A DNA stretch of 64,000 bases from an uncultured delta proteobacterium. Its GTDB lineage: Bacteria; Myxococcota_A; Polyangia; Polyangiales; Polyangiaceae. The notes beneath the pieces were generated by a model. It worked only from the letters and a program-made list of their open reading frames with translations, was not told where the DNA came from and did no database searches. Below, piece by piece: positions 1-11,793 of the stretch. The stretch covers positions 864,001-928,000 of the forward strand of contig CAWJCS010000003.1 of assembly GCA_963841435.1 (NCBI GenBank), read 5' to 3'. The stretch's first letter is position 1. Every line of letters starts with the position of its first letter. The position numbers were made by a program, and so were the translations under genes.

Positions 1-1228
1 CATCCGGGCTCGACGCAATCGCGTAGCCGCGGCCGAGCACCGCAAGCGGCGACAGGCCGTCGAGGCGTGTCGCCTGATCGGCGAGCCGCGCGCGCTGACG
101 CTCGAGACCGCGGCGAGCCGCCGCGGACAGGCGTACCTCGAGCGGGCCGAGTGTCACGCGGGCCGCGGCGAGCACGGCCCGCGGGTGGCGTGCCGAGAGG
201 CGCCGCTCGAGCGCGAGGAGATCGTTCGTCCGCTTGCGGAGGAGCCGCTCGGAGCGACGCCTTAGCGCGTCCGAAAGCTCGTCGAGATCTTGCTGTCGTT
301 CCAGGACGAGGAAGCGAGGGTCGCGCAAGCGGGCACGCAGGTGCATGAAGCGTTCGCGCTCGAGCTCGAGACGGCCCGAGGTGACACGCATCAACGCGAC
401 GCGCTGGCGACGCAGAGCCTCGCCGCGGGCTCGCGAGTCCGGGACGACCAGCTCGGCGGCCTGCGAGGGCGTCGCGGCGCGCACGTCCGCGACGAGATCG
501 GTGAGCGACACGTCAACCTCGTGACCGACGGCGCTCACGATCGGCACCCCGAAAGCCGCCACGCGCCGCACGACACGCTCGTCGTTGAACGCCATGAGAT
601 CCTCGCCCGACCCGCCACCGCGCCCGACGATCGCCACCTCGAGGCCAGGCAGCCGTTCGAGCAGGTCGAGCGCCAGAACGATGCTCTCCGGTGCGCCGTC
701 ACCCTGGACGAGCGCGGGGACGAGCACGAGCCGAACGCCGCCGCGACGGAAGGCGACCGTGCGGATGTCGTGAAACGCGGCCCCGTGGGCGCTCGTGACG
801 ACACCCACGACGCGCGGATCCGATGGCAGCGGTCGTTTGCGCTCCGGGGCGAAAAGCCCTTCGGCTTCGAGGCGGCCCTTGAGCGCTTCGAGTGCCTCGA
901 GCAGCGCGCCTCGGCCGGCAGGCCTGGCGAAGGTCGCCACGAGCTGGAGGCGACCGCGCGGGGCCCACACCGTCGCGCGGCCCCAGAGCTGGAGGCGGGC
1001 GCCGTCAGCGAGGTGCTTTTGCGCTCGCTGGGCGTCGAACCGATACATCACGCAGTCGATGACCGCCTCCTCTCGCTCGTCCTTGAGAGCGAAGTAGACG
1101 TGGCCGCTTGCAGCCCGCTTTATGGAAGTGACCTCACCCTCGACCCAGTAGTCACCCGTGGCACCTTCGACGGCCTGGCGAAGACGGCGGGCAAGCTCCG
1201 CCACGGAAACAATCGGGGCCCCACTCAT
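1..1228 (-). CDS. xseA: Exodeoxyribonuclease VII large subunit (3' end runs off the window)
   Basis: Not in the ORF track because there is no stop before the edge. Manual translation from ATG 1228 gives MSGAPIVSVAELARRLRQAVEG..WVEGEV..SGHVYFALKD (OB fold) and, near position 1, the C-terminal LSPLAVLGRGYAI motif in the same frame. Confidence 0.95.
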   Translation of the reverse strand, partial: MSGAPIVSVAELARRLRQAVEGATGDYWVEGEVTSIKRAASGHVYFALKDEREEAVIDCVMYRFDAQRAQKHLADGARLQLWGRATVWAPRGRLQLVATFARPAGRGALLEALEALKGRLEAEGLFAPERKRPLPSDPRVVGVVTSAHGAAFHDIRTVAFRRGGVRLVLVPALVQGDGAPESIVLALDLLERLPGLEVAIVGRGGGSGEDLMAFNDERVVRRVAAFGVPIVSAVGHEVDVSLTDLVADVRAATPSQAAELVVPDSRARGEALRRQRVALMRVTSGRLELERERFMHLRARLRDPRFLVLERQQDLDELSDALRRRSERLLRKRTNDLLALERRLSARHPRAVLAAARVTLGPLEVRLSAAARRGLERQRARLADQATRLDGLSPLAVLGRGYAIASSPD

Positions 1229-1436
1229 CGGCGCGGCGTGAATACCACGGGCCTCGCGCCGGGTGCGCATCGGTGGGACAGGCGAGGGAATTCGCTCGTA
1301 AGCATCGGAAATATTTGCACTTCAAACCGAGGCGGCCCCGGCCTGTCACGGGACGCTCCTGATCGTATTCCCCACTCTCCCGCGTTTCGGGGCGAGGGGC
1401 CGCTAGCGGGAAGACTGGCAGAGTAGGGTCAGCTGG

Positions 1437-2918
1437 TTGTTCAAAAAGATCCTGATCGCCAACCGCGGGGAGATTGCCATCCGCATCGCCCGCACGCTGC
1501 GCGAGCTCGGCGTCGCGTCGGTCGCCGTCTACCCCGACGCCGACCGCGGCGCGCTCCACCTCCGCTTCGCCGACGAGGCGGTCGAGCTCGGCGCCGATCC
1601 CCGCGCCTACCTCGACCCCGAGCGCATTCTCGACGCGGCGCGCGAGGCCGGCGCCGACGCGCTGCACCCGGGGTACGGCTTCCTCTCCGAGAATGCGGAC
1701 TTCGCCGAGGCGTGTGCCGCTCGCGGCATCACGTTCATCGGGCCGTCCGCGGCTGCCGTGCGCGCGATGGGCTCGAAACAGAGAGCGCGGGCGGCGATGA
1801 CGGCGGCGGGCGTCCCCGTCGTTCCCGGCGGTGGCGCGGCATCGCTCGACGAGGCGCGCGCCACGGCGAGCCGCGTCGGCTACCCGGTGATGATCAAGGC
1901 CGCCGACGGCGGCGGCGGGCGCGGCATGCGCCTCGTGGAGAGCGAGGCGGAGCTCTCCGGCGCGCTCGACCGCACGCAGAGCGAGGCCCGGAACGCGTTC
2001 GGCAGCGCCGACGTGTACATCGAGCGCGCCCTGTTCGGGGCACGCCACGTCGAGGTGCAGGTGCTCGGCGACCGGCACGGCAACGTCGTGGCGCTCGGCG
2101 ATCGCGACTGCTCGCTGCAGCGACGGCATCAGAAGATCCTCGAGGAGGCGCCCTGCCCCGTGCTGTCACCGTCGACGCGCGACGCCTTGCTCGACGTTGC
2201 GTTGAAGGGCGCGCGGGCGCTCGCCTACGACTCGGCCGGAACGTTCGAGTTTTTGCTCGACGCGAGCGGCGCCTTCTATTTCCTCGAGATGAACACGCGC
2301 CTGCAGGTGGAGCACACCGTGACCGAGCTCGTCACGGGCGTGGACCTCGTGCGCGAGATGGTGCGTGTCGCCGCGGGCGAGGCGGTTTCGACGCCGCCAG
2401 CGCCGAACGGCGCCGCCATCGAGGTTCGGTTGTGCGCCGAGGATCCGGCGCGCGGCTTCGTACCGAGCCCGGGTCGCGTAGAGCGCCTGCGCGCACCCGA
2501 GGGCCCGGGGATCCGGCACGACGCGGGCGTGGCCGACGGGGTGCCGGTCACGGGCGACTACGACTCGTTGCTCGCCAAGCTGTGCGTCTGGGCGCCCGAT
2601 CGCGAACGGGCTATCAAACGGCTCAGCCGCGCGCTCGACGAGTACCTGATCGTCGGTCCGACGACGAACCTCGGTTTCCTGACGAGGCTCGTGCGGCACC
2701 CGGCCGTGGCGAGCGCTGGATACGACATCGATTTCGTCGAGCAGCACGTCGCCGAGCTCGTCGCTCCCGCCATGCCCGACGCGAAGGAGCTCGAAACGCT
2801 CGGGGCGGCAGCCGCGGCGGCTGCCGCTCACGCGGCTCCGAAGCTTGCACTCACCGAGCAGGATGGCCCTTCGCCCTGGGTGCTCGCCGAGCGCGGCGCA
2901 CGAGCGTTTCCCCGCTAG
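1437..2918 (+). CDS. accC: Biotin carboxylase subunit of an acetyl/propionyl/acyl-CoA carboxylase
   Basis: MFKKILIANRGEIA, HPGYGFLSENA, KAADGGGGRGMR, RDCSLQRRHQK and FLEMNTRLQVEH. TTG start. No C-terminal biotinyl (MKM) domain. Confidence 0.92.
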   Translation: MFKKILIANRGEIAIRIARTLRELGVASVAVYPDADRGALHLRFADEAVELGADPRAYLDPERILDAAREAGADALHPGYGFLSENADFAEACAARGITFIGPSAAAVRAMGSKQRARAAMTAAGVPVVPGGGAASLDEARATASRVGYPVMIKAADGGGGRGMRLVESEAELSGALDRTQSEARNAFGSADVYIERALFGARHVEVQVLGDRHGNVVALGDRDCSLQRRHQKILEEAPCPVLSPSTRDALLDVALKGARALAYDSAGTFEFLLDASGAFYFLEMNTRLQVEHTVTELVTGVDLVREMVRVAAGEAVSTPPAPNGAAIEVRLCAEDPARGFVPSPGRVERLRAPEGPGIRHDAGVADGVPVTGDYDSLLAKLCVWAPDRERAIKRLSRALDEYLIVGPTTNLGFLTRLVRHPAVASAGYDIDFVEQHVAELVAPAMPDAKELETLGAAAAAAAAHAAPKLALTEQDGPSPWVLAERGARAFPR

Positions 2919-4003
2919 ATCTTCCGGAACTCCTCGACGAACTCCCAGTCGGCGATCAGGTGCTTCTTGAGGAGCAGCTCGAGCAGGGCGGCGAACAGCG
3001 GCTCCCAGCGCGCCTTGTCACCGAGGATCTCGCTCGCGTCGGCGCCGTGCGACACGGCGCGCAGCGCCGCGACCAAGTCGCGCGCCGTGAGCTGACCGGC
3101 CACCTCCTCACTCTCGCGCACGGGGCCGCGGGGCGCAGCATTGCGGCCCGGCGGGCCCGAGCCACGGGCGGGGAGGTTGACCTTGGTTCCGTCGAGCAGC
3201 GTCAACGTCACCATGCGACGACCCTTGCGGCGAGGCGGCGCGGGCATCGAGACTTCGCGGGCCTCGATCGTGGGCGAATCGGAAGTAGGGCCGGAATCCG
3301 GCGCCTTCGGTGGGACCGAGGCCGCTGGGGCGGGGGGAGCCGTGGCGGGCCGGGGCGACGGGGACGCTTCGGTGCGAGGCACCACGTCGTTGGGATCGAC
3401 CGAGACGGGCGTCGGCGTGATGGCCGTCGGATCGGGGCGAGGTTCCGCAATGGTTTCGGGCTCACGCGCCGGGGCGGGCTCGGCTGCCGGGGCTGCGGGC
3501 GGTGGAGCATCGGGCACCGCTCTGGATTCGGGCTCGGCCTCGGACGGCGGCGGAGCACTGCCCCCGTAGTAGGCGCGGATGGCGGCGCGGATGTCCGAGG
3601 GCGGTGCGATCATCGTTCGCACGGGCAGCCCCGAGGCCTCGGCGACGGCGGCCTGGGCGACCTCGTCCGTCGGATCCTCCATCGCAACGTAGAGCGTTTC
3701 CCCCTGGCCGCGCACGCGCCGCACGAAGATCGGAACGAGGCAATGCTTCTCGGCGAGCTCTTCGGGGACGAGGTCGAGCAGCTGGCGCGAGAAATCGATG
3801 TGGTAGAGCGACACCCAAGGGACCGAAAGCTGCTGGCTCAGGATCTGCGTAACCTGCGTTTCGGTGACGAGCCCGTGCTCGACGAGAAGCAGACCAAGAC
3901 GCCGACCGTCTCGCTTTTGGACATCGAGCATTTCGTCGAGCTGCGCCCGGCTGAGGATGCTGGCACTGACAAGGAGCTCTCCTAGACGCACACGACCCGC
4001 CAT
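2915..4003 (-). CDS. MshEN/T2SSE-N domain protein without ATPase (putative c-di-GMP receptor)
   Basis: Tandem RLGELLVSASILSRAQLDEMLDVQ / RLGLLLVEHGLVTETQVTQILSQQ motifs, then a GspE-N fold (LVPEELAEKHCLVP..VAMEDP), a Pro-rich linker and a short C-terminal helical domain. Start set at ATG 4003. Confidence 0.85.
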   Translation of the reverse strand: MAGRVRLGELLVSASILSRAQLDEMLDVQKRDGRRLGLLLVEHGLVTETQVTQILSQQLSVPWVSLYHIDFSRQLLDLVPEELAEKHCLVPIFVRRVRGQGETLYVAMEDPTDEVAQAAVAEASGLPVRTMIAPPSDIRAAIRAYYGGSAPPPSEAEPESRAVPDAPPPAAPAAEPAPAREPETIAEPRPDPTAITPTPVSVDPNDVVPRTEASPSPRPATAPPAPAASVPPKAPDSGPTSDSPTIEAREVSMPAPPRRKGRRMVTLTLLDGTKVNLPARGSGPPGRNAAPRGPVRESEEVAGQLTARDLVAALRAVSHGADASEILGDKARWEPLFAALLELLLKKHLIADWEFVEEFRKI

Positions 4004-4126
4004 GACTCCCATAAATCTACTGCATTTCTGTGCCCCCTGGTTTGCGCGCCGGAGGGCCTCTAGAATGCATTCGAGACTGGCCGAGGTAGGTCCTGCACCC
4101 ACCCCCCGGGCCGGACGGCTGACACC

Positions 4127-6808
<2,682 letters not shown>

Positions 6809-6809
6809 G

Positions 6810-7857
6810 CTACTCGGGCGCCTTGCCGGTGCTCTCGCGCACGACGAGCGTCATCGGGTACTGGTGGACGCTGCCCGCGCTTGCCTTGGCTTCCACCGAG
6901 CGGAGCACGAAGTGGCAGGCCGCTTCGCCCATCTCGCGCATTTCCTGACGCACGGTGGTCAGCCCCGGAAAGTACATACTGGCCGACGGGATGTCGTCGA
7001 AGCCGATGACCGAGAACGTCCTTCGGAATGCGCACGTCGTGCGATTGCAGGGTGCGCATGAAGCCGATCGCCATGGCGTCGTTGCCGAGCACGACGCCGG
7101 TCGGCGCGCGCGAGCGCGGCGTCTTGAGCCACTTCTCGGCGTACTCCACGCCGCACTCGACGTGGTAGCGGAGAAAGCTCACGTTGCTTTCCGGGACCTT
7201 CACGCCATGTGCGCCGAGCGCTTTCGAAAGCCCCTCGAGGCGGCTCACGCTGTCGATCGAGTGACGCCAGGTGTTCTCGCCCGTGCGCGCCTGGCCGCCG
7301 ACGAAGGCGACGCGGCGGTGTCCGAGAGCCGCCAGATGCTCGCCCACCGAACGTCCGGCCCCGACATTGTCGCCGCGCAGCACGTGAACACCCGTGAACT
7401 CGTCGTCCGGTGCGATCAGCGCCACGGCGAGCCCCGCACGACGCGACATCTCGACGAGCCGCCGCTCGTGCTGACCGGCGCGCGTGAAGATGAGCCCGTC
7501 AACGCGCCGCTCGCGGATCCACGAAGTGACGGTCGCCGCGTCGTAGCGCTCGCGCACGACGAGGCTCCCGACGAGCAGCGAAATGTGCTTCAACGTGAGC
7601 TCCGCCTCGATGCCGCCGAGGATCTGCGCGATCCACTGCCCTTGCGTGTCCTCGATGACGAGGCCGATACAGCCTGCTCGCCCCAGCGAAAAGTTTCGCG
7701 CCGTGCTCCAGGGCGTGTAGCCGAGCTTCTGGATCACCTTGCCGACGCGGGCTCGCACTTCGGGGCTCGCGTAGCCGCCATTGATGACCCGAGATACGGT
7801 GCTCTTCGAGACGCGCGCATGCCGCGCCACCTCCGCGATATCCGGCCGTCGGCTCAT
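6810..7857 (-). CDS. LacI-family transcriptional regulator (one +1 frameshift at ~7015, likely sequencing error)
   Basis: HTH DIAEVARHARVSKSTVSRVIN. Removing one base at 7015-7016 restores RIPKDVSVIGFDD..PGLTTVRQ..LVVREST and the stop at 6810. Confidence 0.9.
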
Positions 7858-7970
7858 CAGGGTCTGGTGGGGACCCTACACCAGAGGCGCGCACGCTAGC
7901 CTGAAAAATCCTGCACCGGGTACTCCCACGCTCCGCACTCACCCGCTCGGGCGGCAACGGACACCCGCGC

Positions 7971-8651
7971 TCAGGGGCCGAGCAAGGCCAGCAGGCCCGG
8001 ATAGTCCGCGTCCTCGATGGCGCCGCGGACCTTGCAGCGGACCCTACCCTTTCCGTCCACGATGATGTGGGCCGGGAGGTCCGGATCCGGATCGACGCCC
8101 GCGCCGAGCAGCCAGTCCTCGCGCTCGTGCCCCTCGCGCAGCCAGTACGTCGCGCGTAGCCCACCGGCCCCCTGATCCGTCAGGAATTTTTCGAGCTGAC
8201 GCTCGTCGTCGTCGAGCGAGACGAAGACCACGTGAAAGTCCTTTCCCGCGGCCTTGAGCCGAGACTCGAACGACAAGAGCCGAGGGATCTCCTCCTTGCA
8301 GGGGACGCACCAGGCCGCCCAGAAATTCACCCAGGTGAAGCCCGACCCGAAGCTCGGCTCGGCGGGCAGCTCGGGCACGCCGGTCGCGGCGCGGCGACCG
8401 ATGCTCTTCTTCGACAACGGGCGCCCCTCCCGCTCGAGTGCCCCACCGCAAAGCGGTGCGCGCGGTTTGGCCGGCGGCGCGGGCGCCGCGCTCGTGGCCG
8501 CGGCAACTGGAGACGCCGCCGCCGCCGGACTCTCGATGACCTGGCTGCGCTCGGCCGGCGCGAGCGACGCGTGCTTGCTCTCCTCGTTGCAGCCGGCCGC
8601 GGCGAGTGCGAGCACCAGCGCGAACGAAACGGCGGCGCGCGCGGGCGTCAC
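7971..8651 (-). CDS. TlpA-family thiol-disulfide oxidoreductase lipoprotein
   Basis: Lipobox LAAAGC and WVNFWAAWCVPCKEEIP. The GTG start overlaps the upstream TGA (GTGA). Confidence 0.85.
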   Translation of the reverse strand: MTPARAAVSFALVLALAAAGCNEESKHASLAPAERSQVIESPAAAASPVAAATSAAPAPPAKPRAPLCGGALEREGRPLSKKSIGRRAATGVPELPAEPSFGSGFTWVNFWAAWCVPCKEEIPRLLSFESRLKAAGKDFHVVFVSLDDDERQLEKFLTDQGAGGLRATYWLREGHEREDWLLGAGVDPDPDLPAHIIVDGKGRVRCKVRGAIEDADYPGLLALLGP

Positions 8652-9382
8652 AGCCGGCAATCCACCCACGAAACGAAGGCGCTGCGGTTGATGGTCTCCT
8701 CGTCGCACTTTTCGTCGGGGCGCGACGTCGGCCAGCCGCAGTACTCCTTCGAAAGCTGCGCAAACTCGTTGCCGAGCCAGAGCAAGCCCACCTTCTTGTC
8801 GATCTCGGGATCGTTGGCGATGCTCGTGAGGTGGTACATGACGGAATTCGCGCGCCGGTGCGACAACGCCCGATTCTTTGCCTGCGTGCCGGTCTTCGAA
8901 GCGCGGGCCACGACGAAGAAGTAGCGCGCACCTTTGCGCTGGAACCACTTGTCCTCGAGCATCTTCTTCGAGCTGTCGTCGAGATCTTGCATGCCTTCGT
9001 CGAACAGGATCACCGCGCCGCGCGACTTGAGCGGCGTGAACAGCTCGTTGAAATCCTCGTCGCTGATCGAAGCGAACGTCTTCACGTCGGCCGGCTTGCA
9101 GCCGCGCCGCGTTTCGTCTTGCGCGAGACCACAGGAATGCAGCACGCGCTCGAGCACTTCCTTGAAGCGCGGCGTGCAGTAGCCGACCTCCGCCTGATTC
9201 GCGATCGCGACCTTGGGCTTGTCGGCGTCGGGATGCTCGAGGCGTTCGGCGGCCGACGAGACCCAGAGCCGGACCGCGATGGCAGCGCTCACCGACAACA
9301 GCACGACGCCCGTCGCGCCGAGCCAGCCGGCCATGCCGCCGCCCGGCGCGGGGGGCGTCGGCTGCGCGTCCGCGACCGTCAC
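8648..9382 (-). CDS. Membrane-anchored, Cys-rich OmpA-like domain protein
   Basis: One N-terminal TM helix. ILFDEG..L..SSKKML and ARASKTG..NRALSHRRANSV resemble the OmpA_C fold. Six Cys. Confidence 0.6.
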   Translation of the reverse strand: MTVADAQPTPPAPGGGMAGWLGATGVVLLSVSAAIAVRLWVSSAAERLEHPDADKPKVAIANQAEVGYCTPRFKEVLERVLHSCGLAQDETRRGCKPADVKTFASISDEDFNELFTPLKSRGAVILFDEGMQDLDDSSKKMLEDKWFQRKGARYFFVVARASKTGTQAKNRALSHRRANSVMYHLTSIANDPEIDKKVGLLWLGNEFAQLSKEYCGWPTSRPDEKCDEETINRSAFVSWVDCRL

Positions 9383-10572
9383 TTGAGCACCTCCGGCGCG
9401 AGCTCAGAGAGCGCGAAGCGCAGGCCGATATCGGTGTCCTCGTCGCACACGCGTTGCGTGCCGAGGTACATCTGGGGCGTCGAGACGGGGATCGAATTGT
9501 CGGAGGCGAAGTGCAAGTGTTGGTTCAAGAGCACGTCGGTCCTGCGATCGTCGACGCACGTGAGAAGGTCGTTGCCCCAGCGCTGCTTGATGGCGGCGCG
9601 CAACACGTTGGCGCCCGCCTTGCCGGCCCGCGCGAGGTAGATCTGCTCCTCGTAGGCCCACTCGAGCACCTGCCGGGCGCGATCCTTACCGCACAAGACG
9701 GCCTTCGACACGATGCAGGCGCCCGGGTGCAGCGGTGTTTCGAGCATCCAGTTGCACTCGCTATCGAGTGGGAAGAGCACGAGGCTCACGTCGAGACGCT
9801 CGAATACGCCCTCGCCGAGCAACCGTTCGTGGAAGGCTCGGCAGGTAGGGCAGAGAGGATCCTCGAAGAACGTCACGGGGCGGATGGCGCGACTGCCGTG
9901 GATGAGGACCGGCTCGCCCGTGCTCATCTTGGGCTGCTTGAGGGTGCCGCACTTGGTGAGGTAGGGGCGTTCGTCGGGAACGCTCGCGGCGTAAACGGCG
10001 GCGGGCACGAGCGTCGTGACGCCGAGCGCGGCCAGCCAGGCGACGGGAAACAGCGCGCTCAGCAGCGGGCGCATACCGCCGCGCAGCGTCGCGAGACCGA
10101 GCAATCCGCCCGAGGCGAGAAGAAACGACGACACGTAGATGCCGACGCACGTCTTACAGAGATGCCCGAGCTTGGTGACGCTGATGGTGAGCATCACGAG
10201 CGAGACGATGAGCGGCGTCACGCCGACGCTCGCGAAGAACACCACGGCCCGGCGTGGCGCCTTCTCGCCCGCCAGCAGCAGATACAGCGAAAAACCGGCA
10301 AAAAACGTGAAGGCACCGAGGGCAAACAGCGCGATCGGCACGCCTCCCCACATGGACTCGCGAAACAGCGCGGAATAGGCGCTGTACATCGCCGCCCGGC
10401 ACGCCTCGGCCTCGGACGTGGGCGGCGCGCCCGGGATCAGGCTGCAATGCACGTCATGCAGGCCTCGATCGAGGTGCTCCGCGTAGTCGAGCGTGGAATA
10501 CGAGGCAAACAGCAGGCCGAACCCGGAGCCCACGAGCGCGAGCAATGCCGGGAGCTTGGAATTCGGCTGCAT
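9379..10572 (-). CDS. VKOR-family protein fused to a DsbA-like thioredoxin domain
   Basis: VKOR loop Cys pair (HCS..ACRAAMYSAYS), GVPIA and TM CKTC; C-terminal FFEDPLCPTC and cis-Pro STP. Confidence 0.85.
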   Translation of the reverse strand: MQPNSKLPALLALVGSGFGLLFASYSTLDYAEHLDRGLHDVHCSLIPGAPPTSEAEACRAAMYSAYSALFRESMWGGVPIALFALGAFTFFAGFSLYLLLAGEKAPRRAVVFFASVGVTPLIVSLVMLTISVTKLGHLCKTCVGIYVSSFLLASGGLLGLATLRGGMRPLLSALFPVAWLAALGVTTLVPAAVYAASVPDERPYLTKCGTLKQPKMSTGEPVLIHGSRAIRPVTFFEDPLCPTCRAFHERLLGEGVFERLDVSLVLFPLDSECNWMLETPLHPGACIVSKAVLCGKDRARQVLEWAYEEQIYLARAGKAGANVLRAAIKQRWGNDLLTCVDDRRTDVLLNQHLHFASDNSIPVSTPQMYLGTQRVCDEDTDIGLRFALSELAPEVLK

Positions 10573-10674
10573 CGGCAGGCAGGGTTGCAACGCACCGGGC
10601 GTCGGTCAAGGAGATTTAGTGGCTCGGGCGCCTGCGCGGCCCTGCCCGCACGCGCCGCGGCGCGCCGTCGTCGT

Positions 10675-11793
10675 TCAGTTCTTCTTGCCGCCCGACGTGC
10701 TCGCCGCAAGCCACCGTTGTGCCTCCGCCCGGCCGGGGTGCTTATCGGGTGCTTCGGCGAGGAAGCGCCGATAGAGCTTGTCGGCGTCGGCGGGACGTTT
10801 GAGGTAGTCGGCGTACAAGATCGCAAGATTCAAGGTGGCCGAGAGGTTTTTCGGCTCCCGCTCGAGCACCCCCGAGAGAAGCCGCTCCGATTCGCTGTAG
10901 GCAGCCACGTCGTCGCGCTTGGCGCGCCCGCGGATCGCGGCCGCGAGCGCGAGCGCGGCGGAGATATTGTCGGGCTCGGCGTCAACGACGGGTTTCAGCT
11001 CCTTGACGGCGCGGTCGTAGACACCGGCCTGGAGCAGCACGACGCCCGTGTTCAGGCGCGCCGTCGTGTCGTTCTGGTCGAGCTCACTGGCGCGCTGGAA
11101 GTGGCGAAACGCCACGGCGTCGTCGCCGCGCTTGAGCGCGATGAGCCCGGCCGTGCGCGCCGCCACGGCGCTGTCGGGCGCCGCCTTGAGGGCTTCCTTG
11201 CTGAGCAGCTCGGCCGTGTCCACCTCGCCGCGCTCGAGCTGCGCGAGGGCGAGCTCGGAGAGCGCGTAGGGATCGTTGGCATGGCGCACGAGCGCGGCCT
11301 GGGCCTCCTGGATCGCTCGGTCCACGTTGCCCCCCTCGCGTAGCGCCGAAACGAGCACGGTGCGCGCGAGACCAGCGTCCGGGTTCTGCTTCACGAACTC
11401 GCCGAGCACGCTCGTCGCGCCCGAATAGTCCCCGAGGCGCCGCCGAACTTCGCCGAGCGCCACCGCGACGTCCTCGGCGTTCGGCGCGAGCTTGTACGCT
11501 TCATTGAGCTGCTTTTCGGCGGCGACGAGGTCGCCCGTTTGGGCAAGCAGCACCCCGAGGTTGTAGCGCCCCTCCCACAGGTGCCCGTCGGCGCGCACCG
11601 CCTCCTCCAAGAGGCCGATGGCCGCCTTGCGTCCTTCGCGATCCTTCGAAGCGTCAACGCCCTGCGCGAGCTTCGACACGGCCACGGGGTTCGCGGGAGG
11701 CAGCGCCTGGACGGTGGTCGTCGCCTTGTGCGCGCCGCACCCCGCGAGCACGAGCACGGCGGCGAGGAGCCGCAGCACGGACGCGCGCTTCAT
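10675..11793 (-). CDS. TPR-repeat lipoprotein, GltE(AglT)/NfsE-like
   Basis: Lipobox VLAGC and multiple TPRs (RYNLGVLL, ARLNTGVVLL, TLNLAILY). Lies directly downstream of, and overlaps, a GltD-like gene. Confidence 0.7.
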   Translation of the reverse strand: MKRASVLRLLAAVLVLAGCGAHKATTTVQALPPANPVAVSKLAQGVDASKDREGRKAAIGLLEEAVRADGHLWEGRYNLGVLLAQTGDLVAAEKQLNEAYKLAPNAEDVAVALGEVRRRLGDYSGATSVLGEFVKQNPDAGLARTVLVSALREGGNVDRAIQEAQAALVRHANDPYALSELALAQLERGEVDTAELLSKEALKAAPDSAVAARTAGLIALKRGDDAVAFRHFQRASELDQNDTTARLNTGVVLLQAGVYDRAVKELKPVVDAEPDNISAALALAAAIRGRAKRDDVAAYSESERLLSGVLEREPKNLSATLNLAILYADYLKRPADADKLYRRFLAEAPDKHPGRAEAQRWLAASTSGGKKN